A stretch of DNA of 64,000 nt. Origin: Pseudobdellovibrionaceae bacterium. GTDB lineage: Bacteria; Bdellovibrionota; Bdellovibrionia; Bdellovibrionales; UBA1609. The stretch lies in the NCBI GenBank assembly GCA_030591685.1, contig JAUVAX010000001.1, forward strand, positions 28,873-92,872. The letters are read 5' to 3'. The translations under genes and the position numbers were made by a program. Of the stretch, positions 1-9,501 are shown piece by piece (position 1 is the stretch's first letter; each line of letters begins with the position of its first letter). The notes under the pieces were generated by a model. The model was not told the origin of the DNA, searched no databases, and worked only from the letters and a program-made list of their open reading frames with translations.

Positions 1-675
1 AATGGCGTATTAACCTCTGAAGAAAAGGAGTTTAAACAAAATAGTTTAATCTATATTTTTGGCTATCATAAAACCATAACTCCAAATTTAACCCTTGGCA
101 TCAGTCATCGGTTTGAGTCCTTACCTATTAATGGCAAGGGGTCTTATGTTATTTCTACCATCAGCACCTCAGGGACTCAAAATACAGATTCGGCAAAAGA
201 TGTACATGCCTACACCCTTGTTCCGGCTAAAACAACAATTGGCCTCGCCTATAAAAGGCCAAAACAATGGACACTCAGTGCTGATTTAAATTTTTACGAT
301 AGCGCTCGGTATTTAGATCTTGGCAACGAAGCAGCTTCGGACAATATAATTTACAAGCCCACCTGGAACCTCAACCTAGGCGCGGAGTATTACTATAAAC
401 CCTGGCTTGCATTGAGAACTGGGGTTTACACAAACACCTCTTCTCACCCCGAAGTTTCAGAAAACCCCACAAAACGTGAGGGAGACCATATCAATATGCT
501 TGGATTTAGCGCCAATGTCGCAATTTACACAAACCCCAACACAACGGTAACATTGGGTGGTTATTACACCGGCGGCAGCGGAAGCGCTCATGAAAAAACG
601 GGGCAAGCTATTAAAAAAGTAAAAAAGTCTCTCTACTCTTTTTCTTTTTTAGTGGGCACCTCCTTTTATTTTTAA
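1..675 (+). CDS. Outer-membrane beta-barrel protein (FadL/OMPP1-like), 5'-truncated by window edge
   Basis: Frame 1 is open from base 1 to the stop at 673-675. The track shows only the internal TTG-started 412..675 piece. Alternating aromatic/Gly strands (LNLGAEYYYKPWLALRTGVYT, VTLGGYYTGG) and a C-terminal ...GTSFYF typical of OM barrels. Confidence 0.6.
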   Translation, partial: NGVLTSEEKEFKQNSLIYIFGYHKTITPNLTLGISHRFESLPINGKGSYVISTISTSGTQNTDSAKDVHAYTLVPAKTTIGLAYKRPKQWTLSADLNFYDSARYLDLGNEAASDNIIYKPTWNLNLGAEYYYKPWLALRTGVYTNTSSHPEVSENPTKREGDHINMLGFSANVAIYTNPNTTVTLGGYYTGGSGSAHEKTGQAIKKVKKSLYSFSFLVGTSFYF

Positions 676-746
676 CACACTTTTTAATTTTTCAAGTCCC
701 CACGGCCTACTCTAAAGATCAAGCTGCTCGATTTTTAGTTAAAAAG

Positions 747-1412
747 TTATGCTCTCATTAGTAATATTGAAAGCAGTACGTCTTTTAAACTCCCCACATG
801 GTCATTTTTTATTTTTCGAAGCTTCATCTTTAAAATGATGGCCAACACGTTACCTGAAGAAATTTTATCTATCAGTTTATCTAATTTGGCACTGAGTTGA
901 TCTAATTTGCTAACTATTTTTGAGATCACCTTATCAATTTTCTCATTCGCCTTATCGAGCTTATTAAGGCCGCTTTGGAGCTTATCAATGAGACGGGCCT
1001 CTTCGATAATACTGGGGTCTAATAAATCAATTTGAGCCTGAAGTTTAGCTTTAAATCCGTTAATCTTCTCCTTAATCTCTAAAAGCTTCCCGGTGATAGG
1101 CTCTACAGTGCTGTAGAGTTTATCTTTAAGATCCTCTAGTAGACCTGTATCGATTAATCCAGCATAATCAAAAACACCCTGCTGCACTTGAGAGTCGACC
1201 TGGCTAGAAAGAAGTACTGCCTTTTGATACTGAACCTCAGTGTCCAGCTCAACTGTAGACTGCTGCTCGTTTGTTAACCCAGAGCCCCCATCAAACATAT
1301 ACGAACTCGGCCCCTCAGCACAGCCCAGTGAAAATAAACTCAAAAATAAAGCACTTACGTATATAGACTTAGTCAAATTTGACCTTTGATTTGAAATCAT
1401 ACCCTCTCCCAT
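747..1412 (-). CDS. Coiled-coil lipoprotein, function unknown
   Basis: Signal peptide with lipobox (LFSLGC). Long heptad-like K/L/I/D-rich C-terminal half (KLDKANEKIDKVISKIVSKLDQLSAKLDKLIDKI). Confidence 0.6.
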   Translation of the reverse strand: MGEGMISNQRSNLTKSIYVSALFLSLFSLGCAEGPSSYMFDGGSGLTNEQQSTVELDTEVQYQKAVLLSSQVDSQVQQGVFDYAGLIDTGLLEDLKDKLYSTVEPITGKLLEIKEKINGFKAKLQAQIDLLDPSIIEEARLIDKLQSGLNKLDKANEKIDKVISKIVSKLDQLSAKLDKLIDKISSGNVLAIILKMKLRKIKNDHVGSLKDVLLSILLMRA

Positions 1413-1684
1413 AAGTTTGTTTTTTTATACTTAGATAAAAAAGCAAACCCTATGCCACCACAGGGCCCTGTACTTTTGAGGAAAGTTTAATAAACTGTTT
1501 AACCCTTTATTTTAGTCAAAGACTTTGTCTATTTATTAAAAATATATGATTTATATTTTCGACAGAATCTATTGAAATCTGTCAAAGGCCTATGAATAAG
1601 GCTACTCAGGGGCAACAGATATGTTAATATTATTTTTAAAAGTCATTTTCTGAGAATCTTAAGTTCATTTTTTTGAATCAATAA

Positions 1685-2479
1685 TTACCACGACGCTAAT
1701 GGGGGCATAGAGCAGAGTATAGCCTCAGGGTTGCCCCCAGAGTTAAAACCAAATTTTGTACCCCGATCATAGAGCAAGTTAAATTCTACATAATGGGCTC
1801 TTTTTTTCAACTGCAACTGGCGATCTTGATCGGTGCAGGGTTCATTAATTCTTCGATGGTAAATGGGCATTATTGACTGCGTGAAACAGTCCCCTACCGA
1901 GGTCCACATCTCTAAGTCCTTTGCAAAGTCTTTTGTTTTGTAGTGATCAAAAAATATACCCCCAACACCCCGCTCACGATTGTAGTGTTTGATAAAAAAG
2001 TAGTCTTTTGCGTTTTTAGAAAAGCAGGGGTAAAGGTCAAGGCCAAAAGGATCTAGGGCTGATTTAGCCACCGAATGAAAGTGTTGAGTGTCCTCTTTGT
2101 ACTCAAAACCCATGGGTGTTAAATCAAAGCCTCCTCCGAGCCAACAGTCATCACCCACCTCTATATAGCGAATGTTAAAATGCACAGTTGGAGCCTTAGG
2201 GTTTTTCATGTGAGTGATTAAACTCACTCCGGTCGCAAAAAAGGGGCCTTTTTTAGTGTCTAAGGGGAAGTGCTCCCCCCCGACCCCACTCCAGTTCACA
2301 GCGGCTTTTTCAAAAACATCCCCTCTTACTACTGACATTTCACCCCCACCATGACCTTTATCATAGGTCCATGGCTTGAGTTTAAACTTATGCTTAGGGT
2401 CTAGTGTCTCAAATTCATTGATAATAGAACTTCTTAGGCCTTTTAAATAAACGATGATTTTATTTCGATGAACACTCAT
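1685..2479 (-). CDS. hemF: Oxygen-dependent coproporphyrinogen III oxidase
   Basis: Family-typical blocks: GGGEMSV, FEKAAVNWSGV, HFNIRYIEV, WLGGGFDLTP, RERGVGGIFFDH, YVEFNLLYDRGTKFG, C-terminal MPPLASW. Confidence 0.9.
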   Translation of the reverse strand: MSVHRNKIIVYLKGLRSSIINEFETLDPKHKFKLKPWTYDKGHGGGEMSVVRGDVFEKAAVNWSGVGGEHFPLDTKKGPFFATGVSLITHMKNPKAPTVHFNIRYIEVGDDCWLGGGFDLTPMGFEYKEDTQHFHSVAKSALDPFGLDLYPCFSKNAKDYFFIKHYNRERGVGGIFFDHYKTKDFAKDLEMWTSVGDCFTQSIMPIYHRRINEPCTDQDRQLQLKKRAHYVEFNLLYDRGTKFGFNSGGNPEAILCSMPPLASW

Positions 2480-2597
2480 GAAATTTTCCTTTATAAAACG
2501 TCCATTTTTAGTGGTCTGACCTTAATCACTTGCCAAGAACATTAATTTTACGATAAAATTAAAGGTGTAAAACCTTTTAATTTAGGACAATAAAATA

Positions 2598-3011
2598 ATG
2601 GATAACTCAGTTGAAGGCCTCAAACAACAAAAAGTTATGGTTATAGATGATACCACCACTATACATAGGCTTATGAAGCATTTACTTAATGAGTTAGGTT
2701 TTAATGACGTCACATGTTGCTCTGGCGCTGTTGAGGCTAAAGAAGAGCTCGACAAGAGCCCTAACGACTGGGGTGTCATTTTTTGTGATTTAAATATGCC
2801 TGAGGTTTCTGGTATTGATTTTTTGAAGCAACTGCGTAGCGACGAACAGTTTAAAGACCAAATATTTATAATGCTCACTATGGAAAGTGATATAAAGCTT
2901 GTTAACGAGTCTATAATGGCCGGTGTTAATGGTTATATATTAAAACCCTACACTAAAAATACAATCGTCAAAGCCCTTGATGCGGCAATAAGCACCCAGA
3001 GCAACCCATAA
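2598..3011 (+). CDS. Single-domain CheY-like response regulator
   Basis: Receiver hallmarks: VMVIDDTTT acidic pocket, phospho-acceptor context FCDLNMPEVSG, conserved T (MLTME) and K (ILKPYT). Confidence 0.85.
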   Translation: MDNSVEGLKQQKVMVIDDTTTIHRLMKHLLNELGFNDVTCCSGAVEAKEELDKSPNDWGVIFCDLNMPEVSGIDFLKQLRSDEQFKDQIFIMLTMESDIKLVNESIMAGVNGYILKPYTKNTIVKALDAAISTQSNP

Positions 3012-3081
3012 ACTACGACCTTTGTTGAGATATTTCCCCTTTAAAGACAGTTCTTATATTTTTTAATGTTACAATAAGGGC

Positions 3082-4512
3082 ATGTCTTCTCGATTAGAGC
3101 AAAAATCAATTCATGACAATATTCACGGACATATACTTTTAAATCGAGTGGAGTCCCGTATATTAGAGACCCCCTACTTTCAGCGCCTCCGCTGGATCAA
3201 GCAACTCGGCTTTTCTTTTTATATCTACCCTGGAGCCACTCACACACGCCATGCTCACGTTATTGGCGTGCTACATATGATGGATAAAGTACTTAAAAGT
3301 ATTGGACTTGCCGTTTCTGATGAAAAACTTTTTAACCCTCAAGTCAGTGATGAAAAAACCATATTTCACAGGACCATGAGACTTGCAGCTATGCTTCATG
3401 ATATCGGCACAATGCCCTTTTCACACACCATTGAAATTGCTTATATTAACTACTGGCGACAACAGCAGAGCTTTAAAAAACCAAAATACAGAGCCACCCA
3501 TGAAAACCTCGGAAGCCATATTATTCAAAATACTAACTTTGACCAAGGGATCACTCGTATACTTATTGAAGAGGGCATTGACCCTAAGGAGCTCTCGTTA
3601 ATTATCTCTGGTAAATCCTCAAATACTCTCGCCAACCAGCTTATTCATTCGGATGTGGACGCTGACAGGATGGACTACCTCCTCAGAGATGCCTACCACA
3701 CAGGGGTAACCCTTGGCATGTATGATCAAAACTTATTAATTAAAAACCTGCATGCACACAAAGTCGATAACCAATACTATTTATGCATTAAAGAAGATGC
3801 TGTGAATGTTGTTGAGTCCTTTTTAACAAGTCGCTATTTTTGGTATTCACAAATTATCAGCGATGGGACCAGTTATAAATTTGACCTTATTGCGGCTAAA
3901 ATATATCAATATTTTCTTGAAAATGGATTGGCCTATTCATTTGATCAACTCATGGACAGCATTAGTCAAAAACCCAATGAGTACTTCACTTTTAACGACT
4001 CCTACTTTATGGCAAAGCTTCATGAGTACTTGTCAGGGCGCATCACACACCCTTTAATTCGTGAATTGAGTGAAATGTTGGCAAGGCGCATCCCACCGGC
4101 CCAAATCAAAATAGCTCCTATTACGCCAACCCTCATAGAAGGTGAAGAACACAGAATCCACCTCATTGAAAAGGTACAAGCCGCTGTAGACTGGCTCACC
4201 GAGGAAGTGCGAGAGCTTGACCCCACCGCTTGGATTATCACAGACATACCTAATAAAGATGTTATGTTTACTAAAAACCTAGACGCCATTTTAAAGGGCA
4301 GTACAAGCGGATCAGCTGTTTACACAAGAGATCCCGTAAAGGTTATTAATCGCCATGGTGAGCTTAAACTACTTATTGAAATGTCCCACTCTTTAATGAA
4401 AATTTTAAGCGGGTATAGAAACTTTATACCGCGAGTTTATGTCAGCCGAAAAACCTATGATTTGCTGAAGAAGAAAAAAGTACTTGAAAAGCTTCGTAGC
4501 AACTTCTCTTAA
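3082..4512 (+). CDS. HD-domain phosphohydrolase (COG1078 / dNTP triphosphohydrolase-like)
   Basis: IHDNIHGHILL, FQRLRWIKQLG, THTRHAHVIGV, MLHDIGTMPFSH and DADRMDYLLRDAYHTGV match the HD-superfamily dGTPase/SAMHD1-like core. Confidence 0.8.
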   Translation: MSSRLEQKSIHDNIHGHILLNRVESRILETPYFQRLRWIKQLGFSFYIYPGATHTRHAHVIGVLHMMDKVLKSIGLAVSDEKLFNPQVSDEKTIFHRTMRLAAMLHDIGTMPFSHTIEIAYINYWRQQQSFKKPKYRATHENLGSHIIQNTNFDQGITRILIEEGIDPKELSLIISGKSSNTLANQLIHSDVDADRMDYLLRDAYHTGVTLGMYDQNLLIKNLHAHKVDNQYYLCIKEDAVNVVESFLTSRYFWYSQIISDGTSYKFDLIAAKIYQYFLENGLAYSFDQLMDSISQKPNEYFTFNDSYFMAKLHEYLSGRITHPLIRELSEMLARRIPPAQIKIAPITPTLIEGEEHRIHLIEKVQAAVDWLTEEVRELDPTAWIITDIPNKDVMFTKNLDAILKGSTSGSAVYTRDPVKVINRHGELKLLIEMSHSLMKILSGYRNFIPRVYVSRKTYDLLKKKKVLEKLRSNFS

Positions 4513-4586
4513 AAAAACATAAAACCAGTTCTTGCCCCTTAGGGTAACTGAGGGTAGTGTCTCGTTACATTTTTAAAGGAGTTTAT

Positions 4587-5741
4587 ATGTCGGATCAACG
4601 CCCTGCACTAACAACATTTTCAGAGGACGAAATCGCCTTCAAAGAAGCCATTAGAGATTTTGCTGAATCAGAGGTTAAGCCACTCGTTCACAAAATGGAT
4701 GCCGAAAAAACAATGAACCCTGATTTGATTAAAAAACTCTTTGAAATGGGCTTAATGGGCATAGAATCTCAAGAGCAGTATGGTGGGGCTGAGGGCTCTT
4801 TTACCATGGCCTGCATTGCCATTGAAGAGCTCGGACGAATAGATGCCTCCGTCAGTGTAATTGTCGACGTTCAAAATACTCTTGTTACAAATGCTTTTTT
4901 AAGGTGGGGTAGCGATGCTCAAAAGGAGCGTTATTTACCTCAGTTGGCCACAGGCAAGGTGGGGGCTTATGCACTTTCTGAATCCGTCAGTGGCTCTGAT
5001 GCCTTTGCACTTAAATTAAAGGCCGAAGACAAAGGTGAAAAATATATTTTAAATGGCCATAAGCTGTGGATCACAAGTGCTAACGAAGCTGAGATTTTTC
5101 TTGTTTTTGCAAACCTTGATTTTGATAAGGGCTATAAGGGCATTACAGGGTTTATTGTTGAAAAGGGCATGCCCGGATTTAGCGTTGGTAAAAAGGAGGA
5201 CAAGCTCGGCATAAGAGCCAGCTCTACATGTGAACTTATTTTTGAAAACTGCGAAGTCCCCAAAGAAAACGTCATTGGCGAAGTCGGCAAAGGTTATAAG
5301 ATTGCCATTGAGACCCTTAATGAAGGCCGAATTGGTATTGGCGCACAAATGGTCGGCATAGCACAAGGAGCCTATGAGGCCACTTTAAACTATGTCAAAG
5401 AGCGCGAGCAGTTTGGCAAACCCCTTTCAAAATTTCAAGGCGTTCAGTTTCAATTAGCTGAAATGAGAACCCAAATTGAGGCCTCAAGACTTATGGTTTA
5501 CAACGCTGCACGATTAAAAGATGCCGGACTTGATTTTGTTAAAGAGGCGGCGATGGCCAAGCTCTTCTCCTCGCGAGTGGCTGAAAAGGTGGCCTCAATG
5601 GCTGTCGACTTATTTGGTGGAAATGGCTTTACAACAGAATACCCTGTTGAGAAGTTTTACAGAGACTCTAAAATTGGGCAAATCTATGAGGGAACCTCAA
5701 ACATGCAACTGCAAACTATTGCAAAAATGGAGCTCTCATAG
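4587..5741 (+). CDS. Acyl-CoA dehydrogenase (short/branched-chain type)
   Basis: Typical ACAD blocks (GAYALSESVSGSDA, ERxGIGAQMVGIAQGA, QFGKPLSKFQGVQFQLAEM, YEGTSNMQLQTIAK). ATG at 4587 follows AAAGGAG. The track ORF starts 30 nt upstream at a GTG (4557). Confidence 0.9.
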   Translation: MSDQRPALTTFSEDEIAFKEAIRDFAESEVKPLVHKMDAEKTMNPDLIKKLFEMGLMGIESQEQYGGAEGSFTMACIAIEELGRIDASVSVIVDVQNTLVTNAFLRWGSDAQKERYLPQLATGKVGAYALSESVSGSDAFALKLKAEDKGEKYILNGHKLWITSANEAEIFLVFANLDFDKGYKGITGFIVEKGMPGFSVGKKEDKLGIRASSTCELIFENCEVPKENVIGEVGKGYKIAIETLNEGRIGIGAQMVGIAQGAYEATLNYVKEREQFGKPLSKFQGVQFQLAEMRTQIEASRLMVYNAARLKDAGLDFVKEAAMAKLFSSRVAEKVASMAVDLFGGNGFTTEYPVEKFYRDSKIGQIYEGTSNMQLQTIAKMELS

Positions 5742-5868
5742 AAAATAATTATTTTTACTAAAAAAATAAATTAAAAAAAGGAGCCTTTAATAGACTCCAC
5801 AGACCAAAATAATTAATAAATCACAAAGAACAGAACTTTTTATTATTAAAAAATGAAACCTTACAACG

Positions 5869-7269
5869 TCACAATTTTTTAGAGTAAGGCATGTTTGGGT
5901 CCACTTTAACATAATTAATACTTATAACCGGATCCTGCCTATCTAACACATCAGGGCTCACCCCTGAGTGTATTGTGACAGAATTTGTCGTGGCATTATA
6001 TGTCCACCCTGTTTTATCATTTTCGTCCAGTTGAATATCACCGTATTTTACAGAAATTAAAATCTGACCTGTTTCTTTATCAAATTCAGGAAGATCCTTA
6101 AGTTTAATACTTTTTTGTAGGACTCTTTTTTTAATATCAGTCCCTAATTTAGCTAAATCTTCACCCCAATGAGGTGAGTTTAATGGTAAAAATGCTTTTA
6201 CAGGACTACTTGACCTATGAATATCTTGGTTTTGATTTTTTTGAACCACATTAACAAACTCTCTTATCCGTTGAGACACCTTTTCACGAACCTGGCTCCC
6301 TTGTAAATTAGGGTTCACCCGACGACACTGCCCACTTTTATACTTAGGGCATAAAAGCCCTACTGCTGAAATCTTAGAGGGGTCCTTTTTAAACTTAAGG
6401 ACTGCCGCGTACAGGTCTTTAGGGTTCATTAACCCATCCTTACTCCCAACACCTTTTGCCGGCGTTGAATCCTCAGCATCAGAAAGTATGAAAACAACTA
6501 AATGAGCCTCTTTACGGTAAAAACCCATATTAGTGCCCTTAACGTATGAACTAGAAGCATCAAAAGAACTCAAAATTGGCGAAAAGGACTCCTCATAGGC
6601 GGGGCCGAAGGCCACTTTAGTAAACTCACCAGAGTCTTCAATAATATTGTCATCAACAAAACGGGTATCAAAATGACTGTCCATTGTAAACAAAGCCTCA
6701 AGTTGAGTTCTTTGGACATCATTAAACTGAGCTTTGCCCAGTGAATCAAGTATAGCCGACCCGTCTTGTCGCCTGAGCTTTTCTTTTACAACAACACTTT
6801 TTTGAGCATTTCCTCTATGAACATAACGGGGCTTATCCCAAAGAAAGCTCCCCTTTGAATCTCTTAAAGGTCTCAATTCACCTTTTTCAAGAAACTGTAC
6901 ATCACCCGTAACAGGGTGAAGTTTTAATACTTGGTCAATAGAGTCCGTATATCTGATAGAGTCGTAAACCGTAGTGACTCCAATGTGATAGTCCATAACT
7001 AAATTTTCTGCTAATGATTTAGCAAAACTCTCTATATTTTTTTGTACAGTGGTGATCTCATTTTCCATACTTCGAGAATTATCAACTACAAATAAAATAT
7101 CGACCTTAGCATTAAAGTTTACCTTTAAACCCTCAGAGCTATCACTCACGACCTCAACTCTCTGTGCTTCGGGAGGGAGCTCAGGAGGTGACATTAAAAT
7201 AGGTGATTGTTTTACTTTACACCCCGACACCAAAACTACGATCAAAAATCCATACACATAAGCTTTCAT
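5869..7269 (-). CDS. VWA-domain lipoprotein with intact MIDAS (CglB-like adhesin candidate), last gene of the Agl/Glt-like operon
   Basis: Lipobox LVSGC. DILFVVDNSRSM gives a DxSxS MIDAS start. HIGVTT and VVFILSDAEDS are typical of VWA beta-strands. Only 1 nt separates it from the upstream gene. Confidence 0.7.
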   Translation of the reverse strand: MKAYVYGFLIVVLVSGCKVKQSPILMSPPELPPEAQRVEVVSDSSEGLKVNFNAKVDILFVVDNSRSMENEITTVQKNIESFAKSLAENLVMDYHIGVTTVYDSIRYTDSIDQVLKLHPVTGDVQFLEKGELRPLRDSKGSFLWDKPRYVHRGNAQKSVVVKEKLRRQDGSAILDSLGKAQFNDVQRTQLEALFTMDSHFDTRFVDDNIIEDSGEFTKVAFGPAYEESFSPILSSFDASSSYVKGTNMGFYRKEAHLVVFILSDAEDSTPAKGVGSKDGLMNPKDLYAAVLKFKKDPSKISAVGLLCPKYKSGQCRRVNPNLQGSQVREKVSQRIREFVNVVQKNQNQDIHRSSSPVKAFLPLNSPHWGEDLAKLGTDIKKRVLQKSIKLKDLPEFDKETGQILISVKYGDIQLDENDKTGWTYNATTNSVTIHSGVSPDVLDRQDPVISINYVKVDPNMPYSKKL

Positions 7270-7270
7270 A

Positions 7271-8257
7271 TTAAGCCCCTTTCACTTTAGGACAAGAAGA
7301 TGCTTTTACTTTAAAACTCCCCAGCTCATCAATCCAAACTTCGTTGTCATTTACCGGGAAGGTTAAGATTTCTAAATTTTTTGTTGTGCCTGTTTTTGCA
7401 TTACTCATAACAGGCTTATTACTTTGCTCAAATACTCTTTGTATAACTTCGGCTTCAACAACCTGTAGCTTGTCAATGTTATTATTTATAACTTTAAGGT
7501 TCCTCCTGGCTAAGAGGGAAAATCTTTTATATATTTTTCTTTTAAGTGGGCTCAAGCCTTTTGAATTTAATTTTTTATTTTTCACCTTTAACATAAGTGC
7601 TTTAAGTATTTTATCTCTGTAAAAATACGAGGGGAGGGTTTTTAAATAAGGTGCTGCTGATTGAAAATTAAGATCGGATTGACGACTCATTTTAATGATA
7701 TTTTCTATGTCAGAATTATTTTGTTTATTTGATGATATGCTTTGCAGAGATATTATTCTCTCATGATAGCGGGATTTCATTTGTTTTGTTATGTTAAATA
7801 CTCCGCTATAATCACAGACATAGTAACGCGAAAGGGACGCCAAATAATACGAACCCGAACTCACATACTGATCAAACACTGAAGACAACAAAGTCAGTGA
7901 TTCGGCCAAAGCTAAATCATACTGGGCTGTCTTCATATAGGCCCATGCTCTCTCTTCTAGGGCCAAGAGCCACATATCTGAAGACTTAGAAACTTTACTA
8001 TAATACTCAATAGATTTTTTAAACTGTCTGTTTTGATAATAAACTCTTGCGAGATCAATATGTGTCTCATCTAAACGATATGAGTTTTTAATTAAGAGTT
8101 TAAAAGATCTCACTGCAGATTTATTTTTTGAATTCAGAGCCTTTTTTTTGGCTGATAAATATATCCTATCTAAGTCTCTCTGGCTCATTTTAGACGCAAA
8201 GAGATTTCCACCGAAAAAGCTCATAATTAACAAAAGGGAAATTAATTTAAAGCTCAT
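7271..8257 (-). CDS. Secreted TPR-like protein (GltC/NfsC-like position)
   Basis: Signal peptide. TPR-like helices (ARVYYQNRQFKKSIEYYSKV, AWAYMKTAQYDLALAES). 4-nt overlap with the upstream barrel gene. Confidence 0.55.
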   Translation of the reverse strand: MSFKLISLLLIMSFFGGNLFASKMSQRDLDRIYLSAKKKALNSKNKSAVRSFKLLIKNSYRLDETHIDLARVYYQNRQFKKSIEYYSKVSKSSDMWLLALEERAWAYMKTAQYDLALAESLTLLSSVFDQYVSSGSYYLASLSRYYVCDYSGVFNITKQMKSRYHERIISLQSISSNKQNNSDIENIIKMSRQSDLNFQSAAPYLKTLPSYFYRDKILKALMLKVKNKKLNSKGLSPLKRKIYKRFSLLARRNLKVINNNIDKLQVVEAEVIQRVFEQSNKPVMSNAKTGTTKNLEILTFPVNDNEVWIDELGSFKVKASSCPKVKGA

Positions 8258-8994
8258 ATCATTATCCCTATCATAAATGAAACTGACAGCAGGTCCTGAT
8301 CTCGTTCCCCATAGCTTACCTTATCAGTATAGGTTTGATACCTGACCTCTAAACGAGAACTCACATGCTGGGTGTACCATAGTCCAAGCCCTGCTCCTAA
8401 CATGTACGTAGATGTTGGCCCACTTTCTAACTGCATTTGCCCACTACCCAAAAGAGCATATAGGTCAAACTGAGCTACTTTCCAATCAAAGAAATTTAGC
8501 TTTCCGTAAACAGGATACCAACTCACTGTGGCCATAGTTGAGCTTTTCATCAAATCCATTTCAGGCACATACCCAAACAACCCCTCTTGTGAATTTGTAT
8601 TTACCTGGGAGGCTCGATCAAAAATATTCTTTCCCTCTGCATTTAGAGTATTCTTATAATCATAATATCTAACACCCAAAGACCACCGAGGGTTAATGTG
8701 AAACTCTAATTGTGCCCCTGCCGCAGCAGAATCTGTATAAGGATCCCCTCCTGAAATAACATTATAACTAGGTCCAAGTTCAAATCTAAAATTACGATCA
8801 ACCGCACGTTTTTGAACTACTTTTATTTTATGTCTTGATTTATAGGCTCTAATTCTTTTTAAAATAGCGTCATTAGCTCCTAGTGAATTTAGGTTTTTAT
8901 CGGCACTGCGCCTGACTCTACGGTTTTTTTTTGCCTCAACACTTAAGCTCATTATCAAAGATATAGCTATTAATAACACACTGTAGGTTTTCAC
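8254..8994 (-). CDS. Outer-membrane beta-barrel protein (GltA/GltB/Nfs-type, OMP_myx_plus-like)
   Basis: Signal peptide. Alternating-strand pattern (FELGPSY, WSLGVRYYDY, VSWYPVYGKLNFF, LGAGLGLWY, LEVRYQTY) including the PxYGK motif I associate with this barrel family. Confidence 0.6.
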   Translation of the reverse strand: MKTYSVLLIAISLIMSLSVEAKKNRRVRRSADKNLNSLGANDAILKRIRAYKSRHKIKVVQKRAVDRNFRFELGPSYNVISGGDPYTDSAAAGAQLEFHINPRWSLGVRYYDYKNTLNAEGKNIFDRASQVNTNSQEGLFGYVPEMDLMKSSTMATVSWYPVYGKLNFFDWKVAQFDLYALLGSGQMQLESGPTSTYMLGAGLGLWYTQHVSSRLEVRYQTYTDKVSYGERDQDLLSVSFMIGIMI

Positions 8995-9500
8995 TTTACT
9001 GCTCCTTTAGTTTGACGTAAAAATTTTACGCTCACTTTTCTATCATAATACTTGATTCTCTGGCTATTCAGCTCACTGACCTCAAGGGGCTTAAATTCAA
9101 AAATTATATTAAATGTATCTGCAAATAAATCCTCTAAATAATGACTATCAATGGCCCCTGTCATTATGTAAGAACCCTTGTCATTGATAACAGGACTAAG
9201 TTTTAAGTGAGTGATGTGCTTAGCATTAGTCACTGACCAAAGGGTATTAGCTCCTAGCTCTCCCTTAAATTGTATATTAAATGAAAACTGACCCTTGTTA
9301 AGGTTTATCACCTTTGGGGTTTTAATTATTAGCGCATCAGAGGATAAGTAAAAATGCTTTGGGGGTTCGTCAAAATCTTGGGCCACAGGCTCATACTCAT
9401 TTATAAATTTACGTACCTTTGGGTAGTCTTTTTCAGGGTCTGGCCCACTTAAACAACCTACAAATAATACACTGAAAAGCAACATTAATAATCGACTCAT
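8991..9500 (-). CDS. Small lipoprotein, function unknown (GltK-like position)
   Basis: Lipobox LFVGC. 4-nt overlap with the downstream barrel gene and a 1-nt gap to the upstream gene. Confidence 0.5.
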   Translation of the reverse strand: MSRLLMLLFSVLFVGCLSGPDPEKDYPKVRKFINEYEPVAQDFDEPPKHFYLSSDALIIKTPKVINLNKGQFSFNIQFKGELGANTLWSVTNAKHITHLKLSPVINDKGSYIMTGAIDSHYLEDLFADTFNIIFEFKPLEVSELNSQRIKYYDRKVSVKFLRQTKGAVK

Positions 9501-9501
9501 A

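Noticed and set aside
95-289. 64-aa ORF near the left edge.
   Set aside because: It is in frame 2, inside the frame-1 reading frame that is open from base 1 to 675 and encodes a coherent OM-barrel C-terminus.
3082-4512. HD-domain dNTPase-like protein considered as an anti-phage dNTP-depletion defence gene.
   Set aside because: It sits among housekeeping genes (hemF, CheY-like, ACAD) with no defence-island neighbours or mobility signatures. The family is widely conserved as a core gene, so there is no sequence-based reason to call it defence.
4557-4586. GTG-initiated 10-codon N-terminal extension of the acyl-CoA dehydrogenase, and the similar upstream extensions of efp (61892), the small OMP (32088), the RND-operon lipoprotein (25122) and ORF 16068.
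   Set aside because: In each case an internal ATG is preceded by a good Shine-Dalgarno sequence. It also gives the canonical N-terminus or signal peptide, or removes an overlap with the upstream gene.
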